Shown here piece by piece: positions 27,168-36,312 of a DNA stretch of 64,000 nt. The stretch spans positions 576,001-640,000 of the forward strand of contig CAVRZA010000004.1 of the NCBI GenBank assembly GCA_963725665.1, given 5' to 3'. Made by a program: the position numbers and the translations under genes. Under the pieces are notes generated by a model. The model did not search any database and was not told the origin of the DNA. It saw only the letters and a list, made by a program, of their open reading frames with translations. How positions within the stretch are numbered: the first letter of the stretch is position 1; each line of letters begins with the position of its first letter. The DNA is from an uncultured Actinomycetes bacterium (GTDB lineage: Bacteria > Actinomycetota > Thermoleophilia > UBA2241).

Positions 27168-28247
27168 GTGACTCGACCTTCCCTCGACGAGCTCGTCGCC
27201 AAAGCCGAGCACTCGGAGCTCTTCACCGCGCCACGTCTCGAAGCCGACGTGGCGCGCTTCCTGGGCGAGCACGGCGAAAGGGTGAGCGCGCTGGCGCGCG
27301 AGGCGCGCCAGCGCGCCTACGAGAGCGTGTACTTCGTCGGTAGCGGCGGCTCCTGGTCGGCGATGTACTCGGGCAAGTACCTGGCCGACCGCTTCATCAC
27401 GCTGCCGTCTGAGCTCGTCTATTCCTACGAGCTCTGCTGGCGCGCGCCGCGACGCTTGGGGCCGAAAGCTCTGGTCTTCCTCGCCTCCTACTCCGGCAAG
27501 ACCGAGGACACGCTCGCAGCTCTCGACTGCGCCAGGCGCGTCGGCGCGCACACGGTGGCGCTGGTCAAGAGCGCCGACACGCCGCTCGCCCAAGGGGCCG
27601 ACGAGGTCGTCGCTTACGGCTCGTCGGCCCTCTACACGTTGCCGGCGCTCGCGGCTTCGCTCTTCGTCATCGAGTTCGCGCACGCCGGCGACCTCGACGC
27701 GCCGACCGCGCGCGCGATCGACGAGCTGCGTGCCGGTGTCGAGGCGCTGCCGGCGATCATCGGACGCGCCTACCGCGATGAGAAGGCGCGCTGCGAAGAG
27801 CTTGCGCGCGCCTTCCTGCCCTCGGACCTGCTCTACTGCGTCGGCGCCGGGCCGAACTACGGCCTCGCCTACAAGTTCGCCCTCACCGTCTTCATGGAGA
27901 ACATCCGCACGCACGGCTCGGTGGTCGAGAGCGCCGAGTTCCGCCACGGTCCCGCCGAGATGCTCGAGCGGCAACGTGCCGACATGGTCTTTCTGCTGGG
28001 CAGCGACGAGTCGCGGGCGATGACCGAGCGCTCGCTCGCCTTCGCTGGCGAACGCGGCGCGCGCACGATCGTGTTCGACGCCGCCGGCTACGAAGGCCTG
28101 CACCCGCTGCTCGCGCCCTACGTGCTCAAGGTCCCGCTGCAGTGGTTCGTCGTCTACTCGGCACTGCTGCGCGGTATCCTCGACCTCGACGAACGGGTGT
28201 ACATGGGCCATCGTGTGCTCTCCGACGGGCAGGCTGGGTGGCCGTGA
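27168..28247 (+). CDS. frlB: SIS-domain fructosamine-6-phosphate deglycase (FrlB-like)
   Basis: YFVGSGGS, SYSGKTED and EFRHGPAE motifs; adjacent to an FrlD-like kinase. Confidence 0.75.
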   Translation: MTRPSLDELVAKAEHSELFTAPRLEADVARFLGEHGERVSALAREARQRAYESVYFVGSGGSWSAMYSGKYLADRFITLPSELVYSYELCWRAPRRLGPKALVFLASYSGKTEDTLAALDCARRVGAHTVALVKSADTPLAQGADEVVAYGSSALYTLPALAASLFVIEFAHAGDLDAPTARAIDELRAGVEALPAIIGRAYRDEKARCEELARAFLPSDLLYCVGAGPNYGLAYKFALTVFMENIRTHGSVVESAEFRHGPAEMLERQRADMVFLLGSDESRAMTERSLAFAGERGARTIVFDAAGYEGLHPLLAPYVLKVPLQWFVVYSALLRGILDLDERVYMGHRVLSDGQAGWP

Positions 28248-29122
28248 ACCTCGCTCGGGCTGCAGGAACAGCGGCGGATGCCGTCCGCACCCGCGGCGAG
28301 AGCGGTCTCAAGGTTGCCAGCGTGGGCGACAACTGCGTCGACCGCTACGTTGGCGCCGTCACCGGCAGGTACGCCGGCGGCAACGCCCTCAACGTGGCCG
28401 TGCGCCTGGCGCTGGCCGGCTACTCGAGCGCCTATCTCGGGGCCGTCGGCGACGATGAGGACGGGCGCTTCATCCTGGCGGCGCTGGGTGAGGCCGGCGT
28501 CGACGGGAGCCACGTGGAGGTGCGCAGTGGACCGAGCGGCGTGACGGTGGTCCGGGTCGAGCTCGGCGAGCGCACGTTCGTCTCCGAGGAGTACGGGGTG
28601 GCCGGCAGCTACTGCTTCGTGCCCGCCAGCCTGGGGTTCCTCGAGGACCGGGCGTGGGTGCACGCCGCCCGCCTCTCGGGCGCGTCGCGAGCCCTGGCGC
28701 TGCTGGCCGACCGCGGCGTGCCGCTCTCCTACGATTTCACCGACCACTGGGACCAGGCCGCGGCGATAGAGCTCTGCCCTCGGCTCCAGGCGGCGTTCTT
28801 CTCCGGCTCGGCTCTCGGCGAGGACGGCGCGCGCCGGCTCGCGGAGCAAGCCGTCGCACGCGGGGCGCGCGCTGGCGTCGTGACGCGGGGCGCGCACGGT
28901 GTGGTGGCCTGCGTCGGCGAACGTCTCGTGATGCGCCCCGCTGAAGCGGTCACCGTGGTTGACACCCTGGGCGCCGGCGACGCCTTCATCGCCGGCTACG
29001 TGCGCGCCACGCTCCAGGGAGCGGACGTCGATGAGGCTCTCGGCAGCGGAGCGCGGGAGGCGGCTGAGAGCTGTTCTCACGTGGGCGCCTGGCGGCTGCC
29101 CGAGGAGGTCGCGGATCCATGA
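28244..29122 (+). CDS. frlD: PfkB family fructosamine kinase (FrlD-like)
   Basis: VGDNCVDRY...GGNALNVAV N-terminus typical of FrlD; DTLGAGDAF. Confidence 0.78.
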   Translation: MNLARAAGTAADAVRTRGESGLKVASVGDNCVDRYVGAVTGRYAGGNALNVAVRLALAGYSSAYLGAVGDDEDGRFILAALGEAGVDGSHVEVRSGPSGVTVVRVELGERTFVSEEYGVAGSYCFVPASLGFLEDRAWVHAARLSGASRALALLADRGVPLSYDFTDHWDQAAAIELCPRLQAAFFSGSALGEDGARRLAEQAVARGARAGVVTRGAHGVVACVGERLVMRPAEAVTVVDTLGAGDAFIAGYVRATLQGADVDEALGSGAREAAESCSHVGAWRLPEEVADP

Positions 29123-30546
29123 ACGAGACGGGGAAGGACGGCCCAACCGGGGAGGCCCGGCGTCAGGACGCAAGCGGCTCGCCGACGCCGGGGCTGACGC
29201 GTGGGCAGGAGCTCTTCGCTGACGCCGCGCGGCACCTTGTGGGGGGCGTCGGCTCGGGCACACGCTCGCCGCGCTCCGGCTGGCAGCCGTACCCGATCTT
29301 CGTCGAGTCGGCGCGCGGCGCCCACGTGATCGACGTAGACGGCAACGAGTACATCGACTACGCCATGGGGCTTGGGCCGCTGATCCTCGGTCACCGGCCG
29401 CGGGCCGTCATCGAGGCGGTCACGCGCGTGATCAACGAACGCGGCTCCATGTTTGCTCTCGCCCACGACCTCGAGGGCCGCGCGGCGGCCGTCGTCGCTG
29501 AGCGCGTGCCTTCGATGGAGCTCGTGCGCTTCGGCAACTCCGGCACCGAGTGCTGCCACTACGCCATCCGCTTCGCGCGCGCCTTCACCGGACGCCAGCT
29601 CGTGGTGCGCTTCGAGGGTCACTACCACGGCTGGTCCGACGTCATCCATTGGTCGGCCCACCCCGCCCTCGCGAAGGCCGGGCCGGAGGCGGCGCCGGCC
29701 GTCGTGCCGGAGACGACGGGCATGACGGCCGGCGCCGCCTCCGGCCTGCTCGTCCTCGGCTGGAACGACCCCGAAGCACTTGAGCAAGTCTTCGCGGAGC
29801 GCGGCGACGAGATCGCCGCCGTGATCACCGAACCCATCGACGGCAACAGCGGCGCCATCATGCCCGAACCCAGCTACCTCGAGACGATGCGTCGGCTCAC
29901 CGAGCGACATGGCGCCCTGCTCATCTTCGATGAGGTGCTGACCGGCCTTCGTGTGCACCCCGCCGGCGCGCAGGGCCTCTTCGGGATGAGCCCCGACCTC
30001 ACCGTGCTGGCGAAGGCGCTCGGCGGCGGCTTCCCCGTGGCCGCCTTCGGCGGTCGCCGCGACGTGATGGAGATGGCGGCCGACGGGCGCACGATGCACG
30101 GCGGTACCTACAACTCGAGCCCGCTGGTCTGTGCCGCCGTGCTTGCCACGATGGCCGAGACGGGCAAGGCGGGCTTCTACGAGCGCCTCGGTGAGCTCGG
30201 CTCGCGTCTGCGCAACGGTCTGCTTGCCGCCGCCCACGATGCTGGCCTCGGGGCCTGCTGGAGCGGCCCGCCGCAGATGGGGCAGCTGTGGTTCGCGACG
30301 CGTCCGCCGCGTACCTACCGCGAGGCGATGAAGGTCGCCGCGGTGAGCCCCTACTTCACGCTCTACCGTGAGCTGCGCGAGCGCGGCGTCATCATCCAGC
30401 CGCCGCAGGAGGGCCTGCTCTTCGTGTCGGGTGGTCACACCGACGCCGACATCGAGCGCACGGTCGAGATCGCCTGGGAGGTGATGCCGCTCGTGGCGCG
30501 GGCCGCGGCCGAAGGTCGGGTCGGCCCGCGCGGCGGCGTGCGCTGA
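29119..30546 (+). CDS. Class III PLP aminotransferase (GSA-aminomutase-like)
   Basis: DVDGNEYIDY, NSGTE, YHG, IFDEVLTG, AKALGGGFP and GGTYN. Confidence 0.9.
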   Translation: MNETGKDGPTGEARRQDASGSPTPGLTRGQELFADAARHLVGGVGSGTRSPRSGWQPYPIFVESARGAHVIDVDGNEYIDYAMGLGPLILGHRPRAVIEAVTRVINERGSMFALAHDLEGRAAAVVAERVPSMELVRFGNSGTECCHYAIRFARAFTGRQLVVRFEGHYHGWSDVIHWSAHPALAKAGPEAAPAVVPETTGMTAGAASGLLVLGWNDPEALEQVFAERGDEIAAVITEPIDGNSGAIMPEPSYLETMRRLTERHGALLIFDEVLTGLRVHPAGAQGLFGMSPDLTVLAKALGGGFPVAAFGGRRDVMEMAADGRTMHGGTYNSSPLVCAAVLATMAETGKAGFYERLGELGSRLRNGLLAAAHDAGLGACWSGPPQMGQLWFATRPPRTYREAMKVAAVSPYFTLYRELRERGVIIQPPQEGLLFVSGGHTDADIERTVEIAWEVMPLVARAAAEGRVGPRGGVR

Positions 30547-30627
30547 TCCCGGTCGACCCTGGCGCCGTGCACAGTCTTGACAGCGCCGATTTGCTGCGGA
30601 AGAGCGGCAATGCGCTACTCTGGTGAC

Positions 30628-31257
30628 GTGAGCACGATCAGCACAGAGGTGAGAGCGCCCGTCGCGGTCGGCACGCTTGAGGGGGCGTCGGCTCGGATCG
30701 TGGCCCTCCCGTTCGGTCGCTTCAAGTTGCGCGTGCGCGATGGCCTGCTCGCGGCCAGCGTGGGAGAGGCGTGGGTCAGGGTCGAGGGCGCCGTCGTCCG
30801 GCTGAGCGCGAGACGTCCGCCCCGCTGGTCGACCGTGGTCGGCTTGTTCGTTCCGCTCGGCTTCGCCGCCGCCGCCGTGTTGCTCTTGCTCGGCACGCCC
30901 CGGCTGGCACTCCTCGCGAGCGGCGTCACGCTGGCCTCCATGGCCGTCGTTGAGACTCTGCAAAGGTCTCTGGCCATGCGCGAAGAGGCGGCGGTGTACG
31001 CCGCCGACACCTACGTGGTCGACGTCAGGCGTCCACTGGGGCTCGACAGGATCGCGTGGCTGCTCGGTACGGTGGAGTGGCTGCTTCCTCGCCCGCTGGC
31101 CGACCTCATCGGTCGCCGTGTGGTCGTGGTCGAGGCGTCCTTCGGCCCCGACCGCCTTTCGATCCAGCGGCGCGCCTTCGTGGCACGAAGGGTAGTCACC
31201 GCAGAGGAGCTGGTGCGGTCCCTGAGGGCGGCGCGCCTCCCTCGCCTCAGGACCTAG
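30628..31257 (+). CDS. Hypothetical membrane protein
   Basis: Fills the gap, two hydrophobic segments, GTG 6 nt after TACTCT. Confidence 0.6.
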   Translation: MSTISTEVRAPVAVGTLEGASARIVALPFGRFKLRVRDGLLAASVGEAWVRVEGAVVRLSARRPPRWSTVVGLFVPLGFAAAAVLLLLGTPRLALLASGVTLASMAVVETLQRSLAMREEAAVYAADTYVVDVRRPLGLDRIAWLLGTVEWLLPRPLADLIGRRVVVVEASFGPDRLSIQRRAFVARRVVTAEELVRSLRAARLPRLRT

Positions 31258-31258
31258 G

Positions 31259-33316
31259 TCACGCGCGGGCCGGCGCCGGGACGCGCGGCGCCACGAAGAG
31301 GACCGCCACGTCGTCGGCGAGCGGCGCGCCGTTGGCCACTCTCACCTCGTCGACAAGCCGCACGAGGCCGGCGTGGTCGATGTCGTCGGCGGAGCCGTTC
31401 TTCTCCAGGAGTCCGACAAGGCGCCGCAAGCCCAGCCTCTCGCTCGAGCCGGCCTGGGCGCGACCCTCCACGAGGCCGTCCGTGTAGAAGAGCAGCGCCC
31501 AGTCGTCGGGAAGCTTGACCTCGGCCGGGCGCCAGCGTTCTCCCGGGAACATGCCGAGAGCCGGGCCATAGGGGATGTCGATCTCACGGACGCCGTCGTC
31601 GAGGAGCAGCGGCCTATGGTGGCCGCCCAGCACGACTCTCAAGCGTGAGCCACGGGAGTCAAGCCAGGCGCAGCAGACGGTGGCGAACTCGGCGTCGTCG
31701 GGGCGGTCGCGCTCTAACACCTGTTCGAGGCCCGCCATCACCTCGGCCGGCTCGAGGCCGGCCATCGCCATGGCGCGCCACGACGCGCGCAGCGTCGCGC
31801 CTAGTGCCGCCGAGTCGGGCCCGTGACCCGAGACGTCTCCGATGACGAGGGCCAGCTCGCCGCTCGGCGTCTCGACGGCGCCCAGGAAGTCACCGCCGAT
31901 GCGCATCTTCTCCTCGCCGGCGACGTAGTGGTAGTCGACACGCAGCTGCGGCGTGCCGAGGTGGGGGCGCGGGAGGAGGCTCTGCTCGAGGCGTTTGAGG
32001 AGGCGCGCCGTCTCTTCCTCGGCGGCCAGGCGCTGCCGTTGCTGCTGCAGGCTCCTGGCTCGCTCGACCGCGATGGCCAACTCGTCGGCGAGGCGGCGCG
32101 CCACGACGAGGAGCTCGTCGGTGGGATAATCGACGTGCTCGTGCCAGGCGAGGAAGAGCAGCGCTCCCACGACGTCGCCGTACGAGATGGGCAGGCCGAG
32201 GAGCGAACGGTAGCCCTCTCCCTTGAAGTAGGCCTCCAGGCGCGCGTGCGATCCGCCCGAGAAGTGCTCCTGCACGTCGTAGATGAAGACGGGTTCGCGC
32301 GCGTCGATCAGCCGGCGCAGGTCGGCGATCTGCTCCAGCCTCCACATGCCGACGGGTGGCGGGCCGGGGATGCGCGCGACGATGTCGATCTCGTCCCCCT
32401 GGATGCTCCAGAAAGAGGCTGTCTCGCAGCCGAATAGCTCGGTGGCGATACGGCAGGCCGTGTCGGCGACCTCGCGCGGCGTCTGGCCGACGTGCAGCTC
32501 CTGCGTGAGAGCGAGGAGCCGCTCGAGGGCGTGCCGCGCTTGCAGTGACGACGTCACGTCGATCATGGTGACGAAGAGCGTCGGCTCGGGCGCCTCCTTG
32601 CGGCAGCGCGCCGAGACCGAGTAGGTTCGTCCCACCGCGGGCACGAAGACCTCGCTCACCTGCATCGAGGACTGGTAGCCGACGACACAAGCCTGCAGCT
32701 CTCCCGCGACTGGCGGTGGTAGTCCGGGAATGAGCTCGGCGAGCGGTCGGTCGACCCAGTCCTCGTGCGCGAAGAGGGAGCGGAGCCGCGCATTGGCGTT
32801 GCGGCAGCGCAGGTCGGGCCCGGTGAAGAGGCCCACCGCCGCCGTGGCCGCCTCCAGCGTGCCGCGTATCCGCTCGTCGCGTGTTTCGACCTCCTTGAAG
32901 AGGTGGTCGAGTCGCGAACGCAGATGGTCTGCCACGAAGCCGGCGACGAGGGCGACGACCATCCAGATCACCGCGGTCGCGTACGTCGACTCTCCGTGGA
33001 AATGATGCGCGGGATCGGCGACGAAGAGGATGAAGAAGGCGCCGGCGACGCCGGCGACGATAACGCCCGGCAGCGGTCCGGCGGCGATGGCGACGGCGAT
33101 CGCGACTCCCGTCGCCAGGGCGCCCGGCATGCCGTAGTAAGGAATCGGGTTGACGAGCGCGAAGGGGATAAGCACGGCGATGACTGCCACCACCCCGATG
33201 ATCGTGGTCAGCCGGGGACGCACGGTGAAGTAGCCCACCCAGCTCAGGGCCTTGAGAAGCGCAGTGTCATCGAGAGGCGGCGGCCCGGGCGGGTCTCGAC
33301 GCTGGTCGCGAGCCAT
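31259..33316 (-). CDS. Membrane sensor PP2C/SpoIIE phosphatase with PAS-like and GAF domains
   Basis: IGGDF, IGDVSGHG, FYTDGL and DDVAV; N-terminal TMs; ATG 33316 lies 6 nt after TACTAT. Confidence 0.9.
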   Translation of the reverse strand: MARDQRRDPPGPPPLDDTALLKALSWVGYFTVRPRLTTIIGVVAVIAVLIPFALVNPIPYYGMPGALATGVAIAVAIAAGPLPGVIVAGVAGAFFILFVADPAHHFHGESTYATAVIWMVVALVAGFVADHLRSRLDHLFKEVETRDERIRGTLEAATAAVGLFTGPDLRCRNANARLRSLFAHEDWVDRPLAELIPGLPPPVAGELQACVVGYQSSMQVSEVFVPAVGRTYSVSARCRKEAPEPTLFVTMIDVTSSLQARHALERLLALTQELHVGQTPREVADTACRIATELFGCETASFWSIQGDEIDIVARIPGPPPVGMWRLEQIADLRRLIDAREPVFIYDVQEHFSGGSHARLEAYFKGEGYRSLLGLPISYGDVVGALLFLAWHEHVDYPTDELLVVARRLADELAIAVERARSLQQQRQRLAAEEETARLLKRLEQSLLPRPHLGTPQLRVDYHYVAGEEKMRIGGDFLGAVETPSGELALVIGDVSGHGPDSAALGATLRASWRAMAMAGLEPAEVMAGLEQVLERDRPDDAEFATVCCAWLDSRGSRLRVVLGGHHRPLLLDDGVREIDIPYGPALGMFPGERWRPAEVKLPDDWALLFYTDGLVEGRAQAGSSERLGLRRLVGLLEKNGSADDIDHAGLVRLVDEVRVANGAPLADDVAVLFVAPRVPAPARA

Positions 33317-33454
33317 GCCGACATAGTACCCCCAGCGCTCAGGCAAAACTAGGACAAGAATGGTCGGCTTTTCAAACGGTGGGGATGAGCGACGTAGACG
33401 AGGCGTTCGGCCAGTGTCCGAGACCAAGGACGCTCAGCCGGAAGGGACGGGGCG

Positions 33455-33736
33455 ATGAAGGATCTCGACTACTACGAGGGCCTGCCGTATCGGGCCGTCT
33501 GGGAGCACGCGGCGTCGGCCGATGGCGACTGGTACTGGCGGGTCCACCTGCAGGAGATCCCGGCCGTCGCGGGTCTTGGAACGACGGAGGAGGAGGCCCT
33601 CGAGCAGCTACGCGAGCGGTTCGAGGAGTATGTCCGCTTTCATGTCGACGAAGGGCTCGACATCCCGGAGCCGAGGCCCTCTGCGAAGCCCTCGGTGGCC
33701 GACGCTCCGCCCGTGCCCGAAACCGAGAAGCCCTGA
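33455..33736 (+). CDS. HicB-like protein (N-terminal domain only)
   Basis: LDYY..LPY...EIP...GTTEEEAL...G.DIPEP pattern. Confidence 0.7.
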   Translation: MKDLDYYEGLPYRAVWEHAASADGDWYWRVHLQEIPAVAGLGTTEEEALEQLRERFEEYVRFHVDEGLDIPEPRPSAKPSVADAPPVPETEKP

Positions 33737-33760
33737 CGGAGGCTTCCTGTTAGTTGCGCT

Positions 33761-34444
33761 CTACCGGCGCGCCAGCGAGACGAAGTAGAGGAGCTGCAGG
33801 ATCGCCGTCACCGCGGCCCCGAGGTAGGTGAGCCCGGCGGCCGTCAGGACCTTCTTGGCCCCGGTGCGGTCATCGTCGGTCTGCATGAAGCCTGCCTCGG
33901 CCAGCAGACGCAGGCCGCGCTGGCTGGCGTCGATCTCGACCGGCAGCGTCACCAGGCAGAAGACGACCATGAGGCCGAAGAAGAAGACGCCCAGCCAGAG
34001 AAGGCCGGTCATCTGCAGGATCAGCCCGAAGAAGATCATGAAGTAGGCGACGTTGGGGCTGATGACGACCGCCGGCACGAGGAAGTTGCGCATCGCCATG
34101 AGCGCCGAGCGCTGCTGGTGCTGCTGCACATGGCCGAGCTCGTGGGCGACGATAGCCATCGAGGCCACCGAGGGTTGGGTGGCGACCGCCTGCGACAGGT
34201 TCACGACGCCGGTGCGCGGGTCGAAGTTGTCGCCGAGCTCGCCTTGGGCTTGCCGGAACGGTATCGCCTTGAGCGAGGTGCGCGCGAACAGCGCGTCGCC
34301 GACCTGAGCCCCCGTCGCACCGGAGCTGTTGCGTACCTGGCGCCACTTCGCGTAGGTGCTCTTCAGGTACAGTTGCACGCTGCCTGAGATGATCAGGGTG
34401 GGGATCAGCACGTAGAGCACGTAGTGCCAATCGAAGATGAACAT
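33761..34444 (-). CDS. Putative neutral zinc metallopeptidase (YugP-like)
   Basis: AHELGHVQQH, TLPVEIDAS and VLTAAGLTY. Confidence 0.9.
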   Translation of the reverse strand: MFIFDWHYVLYVLIPTLIISGSVQLYLKSTYAKWRQVRNSSGATGAQVGDALFARTSLKAIPFRQAQGELGDNFDPRTGVVNLSQAVATQPSVASMAIVAHELGHVQQHQQRSALMAMRNFLVPAVVISPNVAYFMIFFGLILQMTGLLWLGVFFFGLMVVFCLVTLPVEIDASQRGLRLLAEAGFMQTDDDRTGAKKVLTAAGLTYLGAAVTAILQLLYFVSLARR

Positions 34445-34689
34445 CCGTTCTCCTCGCGTCTCGCCGCCGGGCACGCGACGGCCGGTCGTGGCCGTCGAGT
34501 ACGTCGTGAAGTCTTCCCCGAGGACGGGCCTCCGTCAATCTTAGGAGGGCCGCTGTTGCGGTCGGGTGCGTCCGGGGCGGCGTGCCGATTTCGGGGCGCC
34601 GGGTCGGCCCTGCGCAGCGGCGTGCCGATCCGGCGCCCTCTTTGTCGGGGCGCAGCGGCAAGGTAGCATCGCCGCGACAGGGAGGGAGT

Positions 34690-36312
34690 GTGCCCGGCAA
34701 GGTCATCGTCTGCTTGTGTCACGACGTCACCGAGGACGACGTGCGCCGCGCCGTCGCCGAGGGCTACGACGATATCGAGACCGTCAAGCGCTTCACGGGC
34801 GCCATGATGGGCCCCTGCCAGGGCAAGACGTGCGCGTGCGCCCTGCGGGACCTGGTGGCGCGACTCACGGGGCGCGGCGCTGAGGAACAGGCGCTGCCGG
34901 CGCGGCGGCCGCCGGCCTACGCCGCCCGTCTCGGGGCTTTGAGCGGCGGCATCGACGAGGAGACGTCGACGGCGGCCGCCGCGCAGGGCAGCGCCGGACC
35001 TGAGGCGCCGCGCTCGGAGGTGTCGCGTTCGGGTGTGCCACGCCCGACCGCAGCGCGTCCGGTCGCCAGAGCGGCCCATCGCCGAGAGCTTCCTCGGCAC
35101 GGCGTCCCCGGCACGACGACGAGCGAGCTGCGCAAGGCCTACGACGTCGTGGTGATCGGCGCCGGCATCCAGGGGCTCGCCCTGGCCTACGAGCTCGCGA
35201 AGCTCGGCGCCGGGCGCATCGCCGTGCTCGAGCGCGGCTACCCGGGATGCGGCGCCAGCGGCCGCAACGGCGAGATGATCCGTTCGGCCTTCGCCTCTCC
35301 CGAGTGGATCCGCTTCTTCGACGAGAGCCTGCGCCGCTGGCAGACCCTCTCCGCGGAGCTCGAGTTCAACGTCCTCTTCACGCCGGCGGGCTACCTCGTC
35401 CTGGCCTCGACGCCAGAGCTGGCGGAGGCCCAGCGCCGCTACGTCCACCGCCAGCACGAGCTCGGTCTGCACACGGAGATACTCAGTGCGGCACAGGTGC
35501 GCGACCTTTGCCCCGCGCTGAACCCCGACCTGGTCGCCGGCGGCATCCTGCAGCGCGACGGCGGCTTCGCGCACCACGACGCCTGCGTGTGGGGCTACGC
35601 GCAAGCGGCCGCCCGCCGGGGCGTCGAGATCCACCCCTACACCACGGTGACCGGCGTGTACGTCGCCGCCGGCAGAGTCCGCGGCGTGAGCGCGCTGAAG
35701 GCGTCGGCGGCGAGGGACAGCGCCGTCACGGTGGCCACCCCCCTCGTCGTCGACGCCGCCGGGGGGCACGCGGCCGACGTCGCGGCCATGGCGGGTGTCG
35801 AGGTCCCCGTGAAGACGTTCCGCCTGGAGATGATGGCGACGGAGTCGCTGGCGCCCTTCTTGAGGCCTGCCGTCAGCGCCCCCGCGATCATGGGCTACTG
35901 CCACCAGACGACGCGCGGGGAGTTCGTCGGCGGCACCGAGCCCGGCGGCACCGAGCCCTCGACCAGCCTGCGATCGACCGTCTCTGCGGTGCGTCACGCG
36001 GCCGACCGCTTCGCGCGCCTCCTACCGGCGCTGGCCGGCGCGCGCATGCTGCGCCAGTGGACCGGACTCGTCACCGAGACTGCCGACGTTGCCCCCGTGC
36101 TCGGACCGGTGCCCGAGGTCCAGGGGTTCATCCTCGACTGCGGCTGGGTGTACGGCTTCATGGGCGCTCCGGGCGCCGCCGCGCTGCTCGCCGAACACAT
36201 CGCGACCGGGGTGATGCCGGAGGTGCTGGCGCCGTTCGGGGTCGAGCGTCTGCGTGCGGGTCGTCTCATCCCCGAGACGTCGCTGGTCGTGAGCGCGGAG
36301 GCGCGGGGATGA
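34690..36312 (+). CDS. BFD-like [2Fe-2S] domain fused to a sarcosine-oxidase-beta/proline-dehydrogenase-like FAD oxidoreductase
   Basis: CLCHDV...GPCQGKTC, then VVIGAGIQG, GASGRNG and RQWTG. Confidence 0.85.
   Translation: MPGKVIVCLCHDVTEDDVRRAVAEGYDDIETVKRFTGAMMGPCQGKTCACALRDLVARLTGRGAEEQALPARRPPAYAARLGALSGGIDEETSTAAAAQGSAGPEAPRSEVSRSGVPRPTAARPVARAAHRRELPRHGVPGTTTSELRKAYDVVVIGAGIQGLALAYELAKLGAGRIAVLERGYPGCGASGRNGEMIRSAFASPEWIRFFDESLRRWQTLSAELEFNVLFTPAGYLVLASTPELAEAQRRYVHRQHELGLHTEILSAAQVRDLCPALNPDLVAGGILQRDGGFAHHDACVWGYAQAAARRGVEIHPYTTVTGVYVAAGRVRGVSALKASAARDSAVTVATPLVVDAAGGHAADVAAMAGVEVPVKTFRLEMMATESLAPFLRPAVSAPAIMGYCHQTTRGEFVGGTEPGGTEPSTSLRSTVSAVRHAADRFARLLPALAGARMLRQWTGLVTETADVAPVLGPVPEVQGFILDCGWVYGFMGAPGAAALLAEHIATGVMPEVLAPFGVERLRAGRLIPETSLVVSAEARG

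Noticed and set aside
29119-30546. hemL assignment
   Set aside because: GGVGSGTR replaces GGVNSPVR and the context is catabolic, not heme synthesis.
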